From the human T2T-CHM13v2.0 reference genome, Homo sapiens, in the NCBI RefSeq assembly GCF_009914755.1, contig NC_060936.1: a stretch of 64,000 nt of DNA; one strand, 5' to 3'. The translations under genes were made by a program, and so were the position numbers. Positions within the stretch are counted from its first letter, which is position 1; each line of letters starts with the position of its first letter. Positions 36,397 to 53,356 of the stretch are shown here, piece by piece. Under the pieces are notes generated by a model, which saw nothing but the letters and a program-made list of their open reading frames with translations, was not told the origin of the DNA and did not search any database.

Positions 36397-37322
36397 ATGA
36401 GAAACCACACAACGATTACAGAGTTTGTACTCTTGGGCATATCAGACAGCCCAGAGCTTCAGATTGTAATTTTTATCTTTTTATTTATAACTTATGTATT
36501 AAGCATAACTGACAATTTAACCATCATCATCCTTACCTTGACAGACTCTAGTCTAAAGACTCCTATGTATTACTTCCTCCGGAATTTCTCCTTTTCAGAA
36601 ATTACATTCACCAGTGTTTCCATCCCCAAATTTTTGGGGGCAATTATTACTAAGGTCAAGACCATTTCCTATAACAACTGTTTAGCTCAATTATTTTTCT
36701 TCATCTTCATGGGTGCGTCTGAATTTTTTCTTCTAGCTGCAATGTCTTATGATCGTTATGTGGCCATCTGCAAGCCTCTCCACTACACCACCATCATGAA
36801 CAAGAAAATTTGCACCCTGCTTGTCTTTAAGTTCATGGCTGGGAGGATTTCTGACCATTTTTCCACCACTCACGCTTATCCTCAAATTAGATTTTTGTGC
36901 TTCCAATGTCATTGATCACTTCTCCTGTGAGTATTTCCCCATTTTACAACTCTCATGCTCAGACATATGGCTTTTAGAGATTATTGGTTTTTACTTTGCC
37001 TTTGTTACTCTGCTGATCACCTTGGCATTAGTAATTCTGTCCTACGTATGCATCATTTGCACTATTCTGAGAATCCCATGTGCCAGTCAGAGGAACTTAC
37101 TCCTCTCATATGATCGTCATCTCCATCTCTTATGGAAGCTGCATATTCATGTATGTCAAGCCTTCAGCAAAAGAAAGAGCATCATTGACCAACGGAGTAG
37201 CTATTCTGAACACTTCAATTGCCCCCATGCTGAACCCTTCTATTTACACCCTGAGAAACCAGCAAGTAAAACAAGCTTTTAAAGATTTGGCTCACAAAGT
37301 AGTGTTTTATAGAAACAAATGA
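36397..37322 (+). pseudogene. OR6C5P: OR6C-subfamily pseudogene, most similar to OR6C3 (likely OR6C5P)
   Basis: [10 protein letters not shown] start; +1 frameshift near 36829; 14-nt deletion removing KKAFS near 37093; GN changed to DN; three-frame ORF mosaic. Symbol inferred from recalled cluster order. Confidence 0.85.
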
Positions 37323-38810
37323 AAAGTATGTACTAACATGAATGAATGTCATCGTAAAGATTCAATAAAGGAAAAGTGAAGTTTTAACTTGTCCACTATC
37401 CTCCTATGCCCATCTCAAAGCTACCAGAAATGCTGAGTTCATTTGCTTCAGTTTTCTTTTTAACTTGAAAGTGACTGTGTTGTGCCTTCCTTTAAAACTA
37501 TCTGTAGGTTCCACGTAACCATTGATTTCCAATTTTGGTTAAAAAACCAGTGGCTATAAACATAAATCACCTTGTTGATTATTCTGAACAATACAAATGG
37601 TTCATACCATGGTTACTTAAAGAAGTAAACACTCTTTTAATCAACTTACTCTTAAAATTTCTCTTCTTGGTTACTCACATAACAATTTTTTCAAATGTTC
37701 TATATATATGATATATGAAATAAATTACTATCTGCAACAAACCTTTTTTGCATGCAGTATCCGTCCAATTCTTCCTACTCATCTGATGGACTTGGGTATT
37801 TATTTTCCTACTCACAAGTAATTTGAAGTTCAAAATATACTCTATTTTCTAGTTATGCTGAAGGTACACACTATGTCTAATTTATATGTTCTCCTTATTC
37901 ATCATGTCTTTGTTTTTGAAAATGTATAAAAAGATAAATATTTAGGCAGCCATCATTGCTCTTAGGCACCCTGAGAGTCTGATATAAACTTCCTAAATAA
38001 TAATAGCTCCTCTATAGAGAGTACTTACTCTGTTCCATATGCTGGGGTAGGTATGTTCTATCTCATATCTCATTTAATCTTTATAGCTACATGCAAAATA
38101 GACGTGGTTATCTGCTTTGTATAAATGTGTACATTGATACTCAGAAAAGTTGTGTAATTTGCCTAAGGTAACTGAGTTATAGTACACAATATAATAGTAT
38201 ATTTTAAAAAACAAACCAAAAAACTAGTCTTTGCTCTATTTTTACACATAGTGGAAACTCTGCAAGGACTTGCAAATTTTGCATAGCTTTTACTAAGAAT
38301 CTGCACAATTTTATTGTCTTGTTCAGTTACATTATCTCATTTGGGCATGATTATACTATTATAGTCTAGACAGACACTAACTCCTAAAAATATATTTGGT
38401 ATATAAATTGTAACATTAATCAATCAAAACAAGAAACTCTTCAACTGCCATTGCTGGTGAGCAATACAGTGAGCAGAGAAAAGTGTGAGCAGTATTACAG
38501 TAGTAAAAGTTACTAGAAGGCAGATTAAAAATAATGGGGTAGTAGTTTCCCAGTTTTACAAATGGCATGGAGTATTGAGTAGAGAGATCTGCACTAAGAA
38601 TGAAGATATTTGATTGCTATCTCTGTATGCCATATAATGTCAAGGGAAAAAAATCTTCACACTTAGTATTGTTTTTGTTTGTTGTTATTTTCTTTTCTGT
38701 CTCATTGGACACTGTGCCCCAAGCTTCCTTTTCCAATTTAAATAGTAATGTGTATTATGTTTTATATTCCCTAGTGTTTTGTGTACATTTCTCTTCTGGC
38801 AATTTTGATT

Positions 38811-39167
38811 CACTGAATTAGTCCCCTTGAGCCAGTGGCAGACAGACTAGATGAAACATTACGTACCTCGTGGCATCTAGTATCTATGTAGAAACCATGC
38901 CAGACAGTTCTAAAACACTTTCAGATACTTTCCCTATTTTATATTTTTGCTCCTTTCTCACTCTCTACTATCAAAGACACATATTCTGTCTGGATAAAAT
39001 GGGAAAATTAAGACAAAAGATTGAAAATAGGAAGAAAATTTCTTCAATGAGAAAGTGAATGTTTTCAGAAATCCTGGTTTTACTGGATAGCAATGGCATT
39101 TGCTAATATCTCTACTATTCCAGCCATTCTGAATGTTAGTGAAACTATATGAAAATCAGAGGTAAGT
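38811..39167 (+). promoter_or_regulatory. Candidate OR6C1 promoter and noncoding exon 1
   Basis: Adjacent homeodomain-like and O/E-like motif gaattagtccccttgag (38815-38831); consensus donor GAG|GTAAGT at 39162. Confidence 0.45.
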
Positions 39168-40654
39168 AAAACCTGTGGAAGGCAATGGAAGTCTCTCAAA
39201 TCATAGCATTGAATCATTACTTAACAGCTCAACTTTTAATCAAAGTAAATAGGTATTATACTTTGAAACTTCACATAATAAAATGTATAAAAAGGATTAG
39301 CATGTCCTATTATACCAGTTTATTCATTCTCTAATAATTAAAAGCAGGAAATCACTATCTCTGTCTCTGTGTTTTTAATCAAATATAGCTATATAGTACT
39401 GTGCTTAAGAGAAGAGGCTAAGTCGTCTGAATTATACTTAATGTTTGCCTAGCTATATGAATTAAGTTATATAATTTCTCTGAGCCTCAGCTCTTCTTTT
39501 CAGAATAAGGATAAAATCTTCAGTTATGTTATAAAGTCTAAATGAGATAAAGAAAAAAAGTCCCTAGTTCAGAATAGATACTGCCTTTAATAAATCACAA
39601 CTACAATGAATATTTTCCCAAATTAATTTCCAATAAAGGAAAAATAAATAATAAACTATTCCTAGAACCTACTAAATGCTGCATGATTTATGGAACACTT
39701 ATTTATAGTATTTCAATTAATTCCCAAAAACATCCTTGAAATTTCAACTCTGTTTTAAACAGAGAAAACTGAAATTTAAAGACATTAAGTAACTCACCCA
39801 AAGTCACAAATCCATTAAATGTCTCATTCATATCTCTCTAACGTTAAAGCCTATATACTTTCTGTGATAATAAATTGGCCTTATAGGTCATAAATAAGAA
39901 ATTAACAGTGTGTTAATACCACAGTTTTCTGTTAATTTATGTCCTTTTCCTATCTTGTTAAAATTATAAATGGCTAGTTAATGAACTGAAGGAATGAGGT
40001 TATGAGTGTTTATTTTCCAGAAACCTTTACAGAAATGAGTGTTACTATTTATGAAATTAAGTGTGATTTGGTGACACCTCTTTTCCCTTGATTTGTTTCT
40101 ATACACACTTGTATGAAGGTTGAGAATTAAACCTGCCCATCATTATCGAAAGGAAGAAATATAAATTATTCCTATTTCTCCGGGGAAATAGTCATCTAAA
40201 ATTGTTATAAAAACAGTAAAAAACAAATTTAATAAAATAATTATTTCAAGCACTCAATGAATTTTCCTGAAGAGCCACTGTTTCATTCAGGCCTACAGAA
40301 TTTCTCAAAGTAACCCTTGTGTCATGGCCCACAGCCTAGAATAACCGAGCAGTACCAAAGTGTATTTCAGCATAATTATAAAACTGAGCTATATATTGCC
40401 CACAACATTGAGCTAAATAATTTTCTTTTTCATTAGTGTATTAACCTAAGCTCTAAAGTTGAAAAAAAACACAGAGTTATATGAGCAATATAGTTTTTGA
40501 AGATACGCTCTGCAAAATTTTTTCAGTGATCTCTATTAAGGTGAAGAAGAAAGAACTGAGTAAACACAGAAAAATTTAAAAACTAGATTTTCAAAGTATT
40601 TGCATTACTAAGGGAGGGCTCAACTCAGTGTAATTTAATACCTTATTAAAAAGT

Positions 40655-40658
<4 letters not shown>

Positions 40659-40693
<35 letters not shown>
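40659..40693. repeat. (CA)n microsatellite
   Basis: Pure CA run. Confidence 0.95.
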
Positions 40694-40696
<3 letters not shown>

Positions 40697-42477
40697 CGAG
40701 AGAATAATAAAATAGAGCCAGTCAGTCCCTTATCTCAGTCTCTTAAAAGCACATACCTAGATTCTTCAAACTGATTTAGTCTCTAACAGTCCCTTTCTTA
40801 CCAGGCACATCAAATAACTGCCAATATTTAACCTAATTTATTTAAGGGGTCATCGTTAATATTTACCTGATGGCAGAGCAAGATATAGGGTTGTTTCTAG
40901 AAAGCTCTGAAGATGCTTTGTAACCATTTTATTTAGTAAATATTAAATATCACCCTTAATTTTCATTTTAAATGGCTCAAATAATTTGTTGCAGGAATCT
41001 TTAGAAAACAAGTAAGTAATTTTGTTGAAATGGTGGAAGGAAATGAAAACAACCTAAGCCATATTCTTCCAGGAGAAAATATGGATTTGCATTCAGATAT
41101 AAAAATCCAAGATAACTAATTAAATGCTTGGACCTATTCCTCATTATCTATATGAATACGTCCTGAGATCTTTTAATTCTCTAGGAATTCATTGCAACTT
41201 GTTAAACATTGAGGTTCAATCCTCTCAAAGGACTATGGATGCTGATAATTTTTATCAAGCTTATTTTATATTGGCAACTGAATACAATTCATTAAACTTT
41301 CATAAACATTTCTACATAAAAGCATGATATACCACACCCAGTTCTTGTTATTGGATCACATGCTACTAGAGTTCCTTTAAGCCTGTTTCCCTAGTCTTTG
41401 AAGACCAGCTATGGAAGTGTCTATTTTTTTTGTGAAGTCTCTCATGAACCCTTCAAATAACAACTTATATCTTCCCTCACAGCTTTTCCTATGTTCCCTC
41501 ACAGCTTTCATCTGAAGCAAAAGAATGAGTCATGGTATTATTACTGAGTAAAGTGTTAAAAAAAATTAGCAGGGAATTTAAGAGGAAAACAGATTTACAA
41601 AAAAAGTTGAAATAAGGTGAATAATACAGTGCATTGATACATTATTCACTATAGACCAGTAATAATATAATATATATTTTTTAAAAACTTGAGTCTCTCA
41701 TGTCAGTAAATTGTTGAATAAAATTGAATCTTCAGATTGAATCCAAATCTTGTATATTTGGTATGAATGTATTTTGTGACTTCACAGTGTTATGAAAAGC
41801 TCATGCTTTTAATGAAAAATAAACCCTGATGAAATAAGGATGATGTTGCTGGAGCTGGAGTAAAGTGAAATGAAAGGATGAATTGTAAAAAAATTTAAAC
41901 CCAGTAATTCAGAAATAATGTTTCATGAAGTTTTCTTTAAACTTATGTATCAATAAAATGTGGTTCCCTTTTCATATCTTTTGTTTTAAATTTAGCCAAT
42001 ACGGTGAACTTGATCCAAATATGTAAACACAGCTCACAAGGTAAGACATGTAAGAAAATACATCTTGTAAAACAAAGATAAAAAACTAAGTAAGATCCAG
42101 GCTAGAATATCAGCATAAAATAGCAAACTGCACTGATGGCAGTGTGTGATTCAATAACAAACTCAACTTTAATTAATTAATTAATTAACTAGATGAGTGT
42201 TTCCTTTAAGCCTACCACAACCATACTAAATACTGGATTATGTTGAAATAGCTTTGAAGATAAAATCCTGTTCTAACTCTCAAGAATGCACAGAGTAACA
42301 GAGGAGTTAACAGGAGATTTCAGCCTGTTGTAAGTGTGATGAGTTGGGAAGAATGAGCATAATATTCTCATGCAATGTACACAATGGGTATTAAACCTAG
42401 TGTTGTAGAAATAAGAACAAAGGTAATTTGGGATGTCATTACAATGTATTACCCACAATGTATTACCCACAATGCTA

Positions 42478-42650
42478 ATATATATATATATATTATATAT
42501 ATATGTATATATATACACACACACACACACATATATACACATATATATACATACACATATATACACACACATAAATACACACACATATATACACACACAT
42601 AAATACATATGCACACTCACATATGTATATATAATATATATGCACATATA
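42478..42650. repeat. Compound (TA)n/(CA)n low-complexity tract
   Basis: Seen directly; source of several spurious ORFs. Confidence 0.9.
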
Positions 42651-42781
42651 ATTTACTGTAAGCTTCAACCACTTTTAGAAGGGTTATTACTAATGAAGAG
42701 CAGAGAAAATAACTGGCTGTGAGTAGCAATGTTGACAAGCTATGAACATCACAGTGATCAAATCCTGGTTGAAGATAAGTG

Positions 42782-42783
<2 letters not shown>

Positions 42784-42825
<42 letters not shown>

Positions 42826-42835
42826 TGGTGGTGGT
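42784..42835. repeat. (GT)n then (GGT)n microsatellite
   Basis: Seen directly. Confidence 0.92.
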
Positions 42836-43911
42836 TATGAGGTGAAAGAGGCAGCTATACCATGGTGGGAGAGGTCAGCACCATGTAGACAAGGAAGAGC
42901 AAAGATTTACTTGCCTAGAATATCTGACAGGTACTATGAAACCTGGTGACTTTTTTCCTATTGCTTTGTTGTTATTGTTCTCATGTGACTCTCTTGGTGC
43001 CAAATATAATTATTACTATTTATTTAAGTCATAAACTTTTGGACAGGACACCATCCCATTTCCAGAGATTTTCAGCTCAATGGTTAGGAAATACTTTCTC
43101 CATAGAACAAAGCCTCATACAGCTTTCGCTAAATGCTAAGCATTTTTCTAAATGCTTTATAAATATATATTATACAATATATAATAAATTTATTTATATA
43201 AAAATATAAATATAAATTATACAAATACACATATTTATAAAGAATTTAGAAAAGTTATAAGTAAGCTAATATATATTAAGTTATATGAAAGTTATTAAGT
43301 TAAATATATTAACTTAATGCTCACAAAAACTATGAGACAGACTTGTATACAGTGGAAGAAACTATAGGTGAGGATACTGAGACACAGAAGTGTTAAGTGA
43401 TTTTCAGACGTAGTAAATGGGTTGGATTCAAAACTAGATAACCTCACTCTTTTCTATGGAAATGTTTATGACAATATCATCTGAACTTTATTTTTAAAAA
43501 GAAAGAATTAAAAATTGCTATTTCAAAGTATGAATACACAATTAAGCAAATCTTGGAGAATACTTATCTATCATCTCTTTAACTGAGGGCATCCTTCTCA
43601 AATTAATAATATTTTATTATTTACTTATTTATTTCAATTATAAAGCAAAATGGTTTCTACAGGAATAAAAGTTATAAAATGACACATAGGTAGGCTGAAA
43701 TATCATGAAATATCATGAAATATTGATTCACATGCAATAAACTTCAGTTTTGGGCTCTTCCAGCTTACATTATTCTATACTTCTTCCTCTTCTGTATTCC
43801 AAACATCTGAAGTTGTTCATGGTAATGGCTTAAGTATTTCTGATTTTCAATAAAGTGGACGTAGGAGTTGGAAAATCTGAATATTCACAAAAGTTGATCG
43901 ATGGCATTAAG

Positions 43912-44382
43912 GTTAAATAAAATACAGAGACAAATCTCTAAAATTTAAAACATCTTAGGTGGTAACCAAAAACTTCAATTCAAGGAATACACACAGACCA
44001 GGTGGTTTTTCAGTATGTCCAAAGAACGAAGAGAAGGTTAGAATCTGCATAAAAAAGAGAAATGTTATTTATTGCTCTTCAAGAAAGTTCATTGACACTG
44101 GAAAGGTTTAGGGGAGCTGCCAAGTTTTGATTGGTAAGTTAAGGCAATGAGTAAAACTACCCATAGGATACCCATAGGATCACAGCAGGTGATTTCAGCA
44201 GCTATTAGATAACACAGATTTCAGGTTACAGCAGGCAGTTTCAGCAGTCAGGCTTACACAGAATTACATTCTTAGAGCAATGCCATGTGCCCTGTGTGCT
44301 TTTTCCCACCTGGCATCTTGACCCTGTGTTGGTTGGGTATGACAAAAATGACCCAACCCAATCCATACAATCAACTTTCACA
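43912..44382 (-). mobile_element. Probable MER4-group/ERV1 solo LTR
   Basis: Reverse complement begins tgtgaaagttgattg...gtcatttttgtcatacccaa, typical of this group; family not certain. Confidence 0.55.
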
Positions 44383-44418
44383 ATGGCTAAGGACAAAGCA
44401 CTCACTTTTTAAAAACTG

Positions 44419-44739
<321 letters not shown>

Positions 44740-44859
44740 TCATCAGAGTAATCAAACTTTTACATAAATAGGAAACTTGTATAGGGATTTGTGCAAGAAT
44801 ACAAAGGTGGTTCTGATTAGGGAGGAAACTTGTAGGCATGTCTTTGAAAGATAACAGGT

Positions 44860-44975
44860 ATTATGTGGAGTCAGAAAAGTCTGGTTTCAAATTCCTGCCC
44901 TACCACTTCCAACTGTGATAACAAACTTTAATTTTTAACCTGTCTTATGTGAAGAGTTTTCACCTGTAAAACAGT
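44860..44975 (+). mobile_element. MIR fragment
   Basis: ggagtcaga...ggtttcaaattcctgccctaccactt...ttcacctgtaaaa. Confidence 0.55.
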
Positions 44976-45159
44976 GGAAATTAAAGGACCACTGTTATTA
45001 TCGGGTGGCGTTAAATTTCCCCTTGAAGTAGAAATGGCATACTATGTCAACCAAACTCCAGCTCCGTACTTGGATATTTGTTAATTGATAACTCTTCAAG
45101 TTTGTTCTTTGTACTTTCTCTTGTAGGTCTGGCAGGGGAAAAAAGAAAGCAACTGAAGA

Positions 45160-46098
45160 ATGAGAAACCATACAGAAATAACAGAGTTTATTCTTCTGGG
45201 ATTAACAGATGACCCAAATTTTCAGGTTGTAATCTTTGTCTTCCTGCTCATCACCTACATGCTCAGCATCACTGGGAACCTGACCCTTATCACAATTACC
45301 CTGCTGGATTCCCACCTGCAGACCCCCATGTATTTCTTCCTCAGAAATTTCTCCATATTAGAAATTTCGTTCACAACCGTCAGTATACCCAAGTTTCTGG
45401 GTAACATTATTTCAGGAGATAAAACCATTTCCTTTAATAATTGCATAGTTCAGTTATTTTTCTTCATTCTCTTGGGAGTCACAGAGTTTTACCTTCTGGC
45501 TGCCATGTCCTATGACCGCTATGTGGCCATCTGCAAGCCTCTGCATTGCTTGAGTATCATGAATCGAAGAGTCTGCACACTGCTTGTTTTTACTTCTTGG
45601 CTGGTTTCATTCTTAATCATATTCCCAGCACTCATGTTGCTTTTAAAGCTTCATTACTGTAGGTCTAATATTATTGACCATTTTACCTGTGATTATTTTC
45701 CACTGCTGCAACTTGCTTGTTCAGACACAAAATTCTTAGAGGTGATGGGATTTTCTTGTGCTGCGTTTACTCTAATGTTCACTTTGGCATTAATATTTCT
45801 GTCCTACATATACATTATCAGAACAATTTTGAGAATTCCTTCTACTAGTCAGAGGACAAAGGCCTTTTCCACATGTTCTTCCCACATGGTTGTTGTCTCC
45901 ATCTCTTATGGCAGCTGCATTTTTATGTACATTAAACCCTCAGCAAAAGATAGAGTGTCCTTGAGCAAGGGAGTGGCAATACTAAACACCTCAGTAGCCC
46001 CCATGATGAACCCCTTTATTTACAGCCTAAGAAATCAGCAAGTCAAGCAAGCTTTCATTAACATGGCAAGGAAGACTGTATTTTTCACAAGCACATGA
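45160..46098 (+). CDS. OR6C1: Olfactory receptor 6C1, 312 aa
   Basis: Intact ORF with [47 protein letters not shown]; acceptor ctttctcttgtAG at 45126; protein recognised. Confidence 0.95.
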   Translation: MRNHTEITEFILLGLTDDPNFQVVIFVFLLITYMLSITGNLTLITITLLDSHLQTPMYFFLRNFSILEISFTTVSIPKFLGNIISGDKTISFNNCIVQLFFFILLGVTEFYLLAAMSYDRYVAICKPLHCLSIMNRRVCTLLVFTSWLVSFLIIFPALMLLLKLHYCRSNIIDHFTCDYFPLLQLACSDTKFLEVMGFSCAAFTLMFTLALIFLSYIYIIRTILRIPSTSQRTKAFSTCSSHMVVVSISYGSCIFMYIKPSAKDRVSLSKGVAILNTSVAPMMNPFIYSLRNQQVKQAFINMARKTVFFTST

Positions 46099-48335
46099 AA
46101 TGGTATGGTGTGATGAATTAGAGGCACAGGAAAGGACAATATGAATTTTCAGTAGCTTCTTCAATCAAAATGGCCTCCTTGCAGTCTTCTGCATCATTTT
46201 CTTTTCCCTAAAAGTTTGCAAGCATATTTATTTAATATATTTCTCATTTGACTTAAAATAATTTTCTTGTGTCTTCCTGACACCCCCTCCTTTGAACAAT
46301 TTTTTGTAAAATTACAAGCTCTTCAAGAATATTTTGAAAACTAAAATTATTCTTCAGTTTACTTCAAGAAATAAAATTATACCTAGATACATTGGAATGG
46401 CTTTATAAATATCAATATGATATTCTACTTGTTATACACAGAACATATAGTTTTATAATTTTAATTTATTCTTATAGAAATTCCCTTCACTATGCTACTG
46501 ATGTTCTAGGAAATATGTGAAAGATACAATATAATTTTTAAAAAATGTAAGTGAATTCATTTGAAAAGCAAAAAAAAATTTCATTACTCATTTTAATTAG
46601 GTATGTTGGTGAAATTAATCTATTAATAAAGGAGCCTAGACCATTATCAATATATACTTTTTTGTTATAAGTGCTAAGTAGAGCTCCATATTTGTGAATC
46701 CCATAATATTCTCTCTGTAGAATGACAGATGATGGATAGACACATATGCAAATACATACATAAGTTTTGTCAAACATAGAGAATATATAGTATATTCCTA
46801 AGATATGTTAATTTTCTGTGAGTGGAAAATAAGCTTCTTTCTATCATTACCTAAAAGTAGTATGTAAATCTTCTTAAATTTTAGACTAGTTTAAAACAGG
46901 ATATGTATCCAAATTATTTTATACCTGAACAAAATTATTTAAAGTTTAGTTTTATAGAAAATAAAAGCTTCAGAAAAAAGCAAAAGTTTTTTAGTATATC
47001 TAAAATTATGATTTTTATCTGTTAAAATTTTGCTTCCTTGTACTTAACATATTAATAAATGTCTAAAATATGCAAGCAAGATGAGTGTGTGTGTGTGTCT
47101 GCGCCCATGGTTTCAAAAGCTGAAATAAGAATTAATGATACTAAAAAGTACTATAAATTTTATAGACCACATTTTTAAGTAATAGAAAAATTATCATTCT
47201 AATCAGTGATACAAAATTCCTTAAGATTTTTGTGCAATATATTCAACTGGGAGACTAAGAACAAGGTTTGCTGAGAAAAAAAGTCAAAGAAAACTGAAAT
47301 GAATTCAAAATGTTAAACAGAAGATAGAAATGGTTTCTTAATTTTATTACTTCCTATTAGAAATAACATTTTCATGTTAAACAAGAAAAATGATTGAAAG
47401 TCTGTGGTTTCTATGCCCTCTGAGCACATATTTTCTCATGTGTAAACCAGGCATAACATCTTAAGTAAGTTACTATAAGAATGGAAATCAATCTGTAAAG
47501 CATGTAACATAATGAGCTAACAATACATAGTAACGACTATTTCTATTGTTATTTTTACATATAGTACATCTACAATTATGTTCAGATTTACATTTTAAAA
47601 AATTTTATTTCTTTAGGATTTCAGGTCAATAATAGCTGACAGCTGACAGATGCATTTATAAAAATTAAAACTAAATGACATTATCATCAATGTTTGAAAA
47701 GATGTATAAACTAAATTCAGTAACAGATGAGGAGGAGAAAATTTTAATCAGAGTTATCTATGGAAACCTGATAAAGATGATTGTATGATTATAAAATATT
47801 GAGAAATTCATTATGCTGTAACATGATTGATATGAAAAATAATTACAGAATTTTGGAATTTTTAAATGAGAGAGGTGAGAGAGTCCTTGGAATATTGACA
47901 TTGGTGCATATTAGATTGTTACTGAGAAACAGGATATGTACATGTACTTAGCCAGAAACAAATTATAGAATTGCTTGAAGACCAGTCTGAAATATTTGTA
48001 TTCTTTATGGTAATTGATTTAGAATTATTTTAGACTTGTTAGAAAGTAATCAATATGATTACCAGGAATAAGTGCTTAGATTCTAAAGAATAATAACTCA
48101 ACCATTGTGTTCTTTATATGCAGATAGGTGATCCCACATTTGCAACACATAATCACATCATTAGATTCTTATTGCTATAAACTTCACTTGTCCATAATAG
48201 AGAGATTAGCATTCATTTGTCAGGCACTTTTTGAAGAGAGAGATAAAAAAAAACATAACTCATGCAACTAGAGTTCATTCACAGTATTATACAAGAAATC
48301 TAAAAGATAACTATCATAGAGGGCCTGGATGATAA

Positions 48336-48686
<351 letters not shown>

Positions 48687-49457
48687 TTCATCCTAGGTTG
48701 ACAGTTCCAAACTAACAGATTAACAGCTCAAAACAATTCAAATATATTATTGTCCTTAGAAACAAGTATAAGTTACATAGTTATAACCAACAGTATAATT
48801 CCTCTAGTGTCTTCCAAATAAGCTTTCACTTTCTGGAAGTGCTTGTAGACATTCAACATTTAATTCATATTACAGGTTTCTACCCAATAGGTATCTACTG
48901 ATATACAGACATTTTACAATGGTGTTGAATGGATAACTCTACCTTCAGATAGCTAGGTTTGGGTCATTTCCCAGGCTAAACTTCTATACTGATTTTACTT
49001 AACAAACAAGCTTTATTTAAAGGAAGTCTGTAATAGGAAATTGGACAGAACCTATACATATGGACACTTTAGTTTCAACCATAAATTATTACAGCAGTTT
49101 AGAAAGAATACAGTTGTGGGAAGTGGACTGTATTACTGATGAAAAACTTAGCCTGTATCCAGGAATAGGTTGTTCTCTGCATATTTTGAGACCTGAGATT
49201 CCTGAAATCCCCATTTCTCTTACCAACCAGACAGTCTGCAACAGTAGGGCTGCATTTTTCATTTCCAATATCTTAAGAATTGGATAAATGTCTTTAAGAA
49301 TTTGAATAAACTGTAGTATAGCTATACACTGCAGCTGTAGAAGGGATGAGAGATATACACTGTTGTAGCATGGTCCTCAGGACATATATTGATTAAATAA
49401 AACAGGGAAAATATTTGTATGTTTTACTAAGAAGGAGGAATATTAATGTGTAAATTA

Positions 49458-50636
<1,179 letters not shown>

Positions 50637-51146
50637 GAAGGAAAGAGGTTGGAAGAATCAATGTTTAAATATAGACTTTTTGAAATGTAATTAGGATTTA
50701 TTATTGACTTTGGGCAAATATTAGTATTTAATAATTACAAATGCATTAATTTTTTTAAAAATCCCTGAAAAATAAAACTTAAGTGAATTAAATATAATAA
50801 ACGGTGTATTAAGTTGGTGAAGTAACCACCTAAACAGAATTATTCCAGTTGGTTTTCAATACATCAATTGGTCTGTACCTCCACGTGGGGTTTAATCTAA
50901 GGGCACAAAGAGAAGAGCTAAAAATAAATCTGAAACTGTTCTCAGGAATGACATTGTGGGTGGCAGTGGCATCATTGTTATTCTAATACTGTTGTATATG
51001 CAACGTGAGGAAAAGAAACAAATGAAAATTAATGTGATAGCCAGGGTACTCAATATGAGAGAAAGAAGACACAAATGGATCAAAGAGAGAAGGGATTATG
51101 TAAAAATCGTGTAGTCCTAAATTTGAACAATATTAACATGCTTTAG

Positions 51147-51774
51147 TGATACAAGATCTAGAAATAAATTATTTAGGTAGTGAGGGTAAGAGAGTCCTTG
51201 GCAAGGTTTCCCTTTTAATAAAAAGCAGCCCCCAAGTCATTTCTTTTCTGACAATGAGCAGCCTGAAAAATCAAGCTGCAGACATAGAAAAGCAGGCTAG
51301 ATGCTTGAACAGGTGAATGCCGGCACTTGTGCCAATAGGAAAAGGCTATCTGGGGCCAGGCATATTCAACATGGCCACCCCCTCTTCCCTTTTGTTTGTC
51401 AACCACATGTACAGTAAAGAAGCAAGCAACATGGCACTGGCCAGGTGGAGAACTCATCTGCATAATAAAAAATTAGGGTGGGGAGGCCAGCTTCTTTGTG
51501 GGCTATGCAAAAGATACATCTGGTCTGACCAATCTCTCATCCTCTATGTAAATCAGACACCACCTCCTCAAGCTCATCTATAAATCCCTGTGCGTTTCAC
51601 CATGGAGCCAGAAGACCCACTCAGAAGCCCCTCTCTCTGCATGAGAGGGAGCTTTTCTCTTTCACCTATTAAACCTCCACTCTCAACCTCACTCCTTATG
51701 TGTCCATGTCCTTGATTTCCTTGATATGAGGCAACAAATCTCAGGTATTACCCCAGACAAATAATGTTGTTTCA
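51147..51774 (+). mobile_element. ERV1 solo LTR, MER50-like
   Basis: TG...CA termini, 4-bp TSD ttag, ctataaa and attaaa signals; family assigned by recall. Confidence 0.75.
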
Positions 51775-52406
51775 TTAGTATGCTCTTGTAAAGATTTTTT
51801 CAACAGCCTATTGTCCAAAGAATATTATGTGTTATAAAAATATATTTGCTTGTCCTTTCCACTGAAAATACCTTGAAAAGATGATCGACTTCATGACAAT
51901 TATTATAACTAGTGCTCAGATTGTTATCTTGATTTAATATTTTCCAATCAATGCAAAGAGAACTTTTTGGAGAAATTATTGATTCCAGATGTAATACAGG
52001 AAAGTGTAACATGAGCCTGGAAAGACGTACTACTTAAGAAGGAAACAATCTAAGAGTAAAAGCAGAATGTCCATGAGAGTCAGAAGACAACTTGAAGACT
52101 TTCTCCCTGGATAAATCACTCCAAAGAGGTAGAGATGTTAATTTAAATCTTTCTTGAAATACATATGTCAAACACTAACATGAGCTAAAGCTGATTTCAA
52201 AATTGTGAATGTATGTGTTTATAATGATACCAACAAACAGATACTGGCGAATCAACTTGGAATACTGAATGACGAACAAGTAAGCATTCACCTGAGATTT
52301 TCTATATGAATTTGTAACAATGTATAAGGAATGGTAAATGTTAGGTTAAGAATATAATCATTTTGTAGCACATAGTGAACAAATGAATCCAGCCATGGAT
52401 CACCAA

Positions 52407-53356
<950 letters not shown>

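Noticed and set aside
42168-42188. (TTAA)n run as a multimeric homeodomain site
   Set aside because: Indistinguishable from a simple repeat; no nearby O/E motif.
42273-42738. Overlapping Y/I/H/T/C/V-rich ORFs on both strands
   Set aside because: Translation artefacts of the (TA)n/(CA)n tract.
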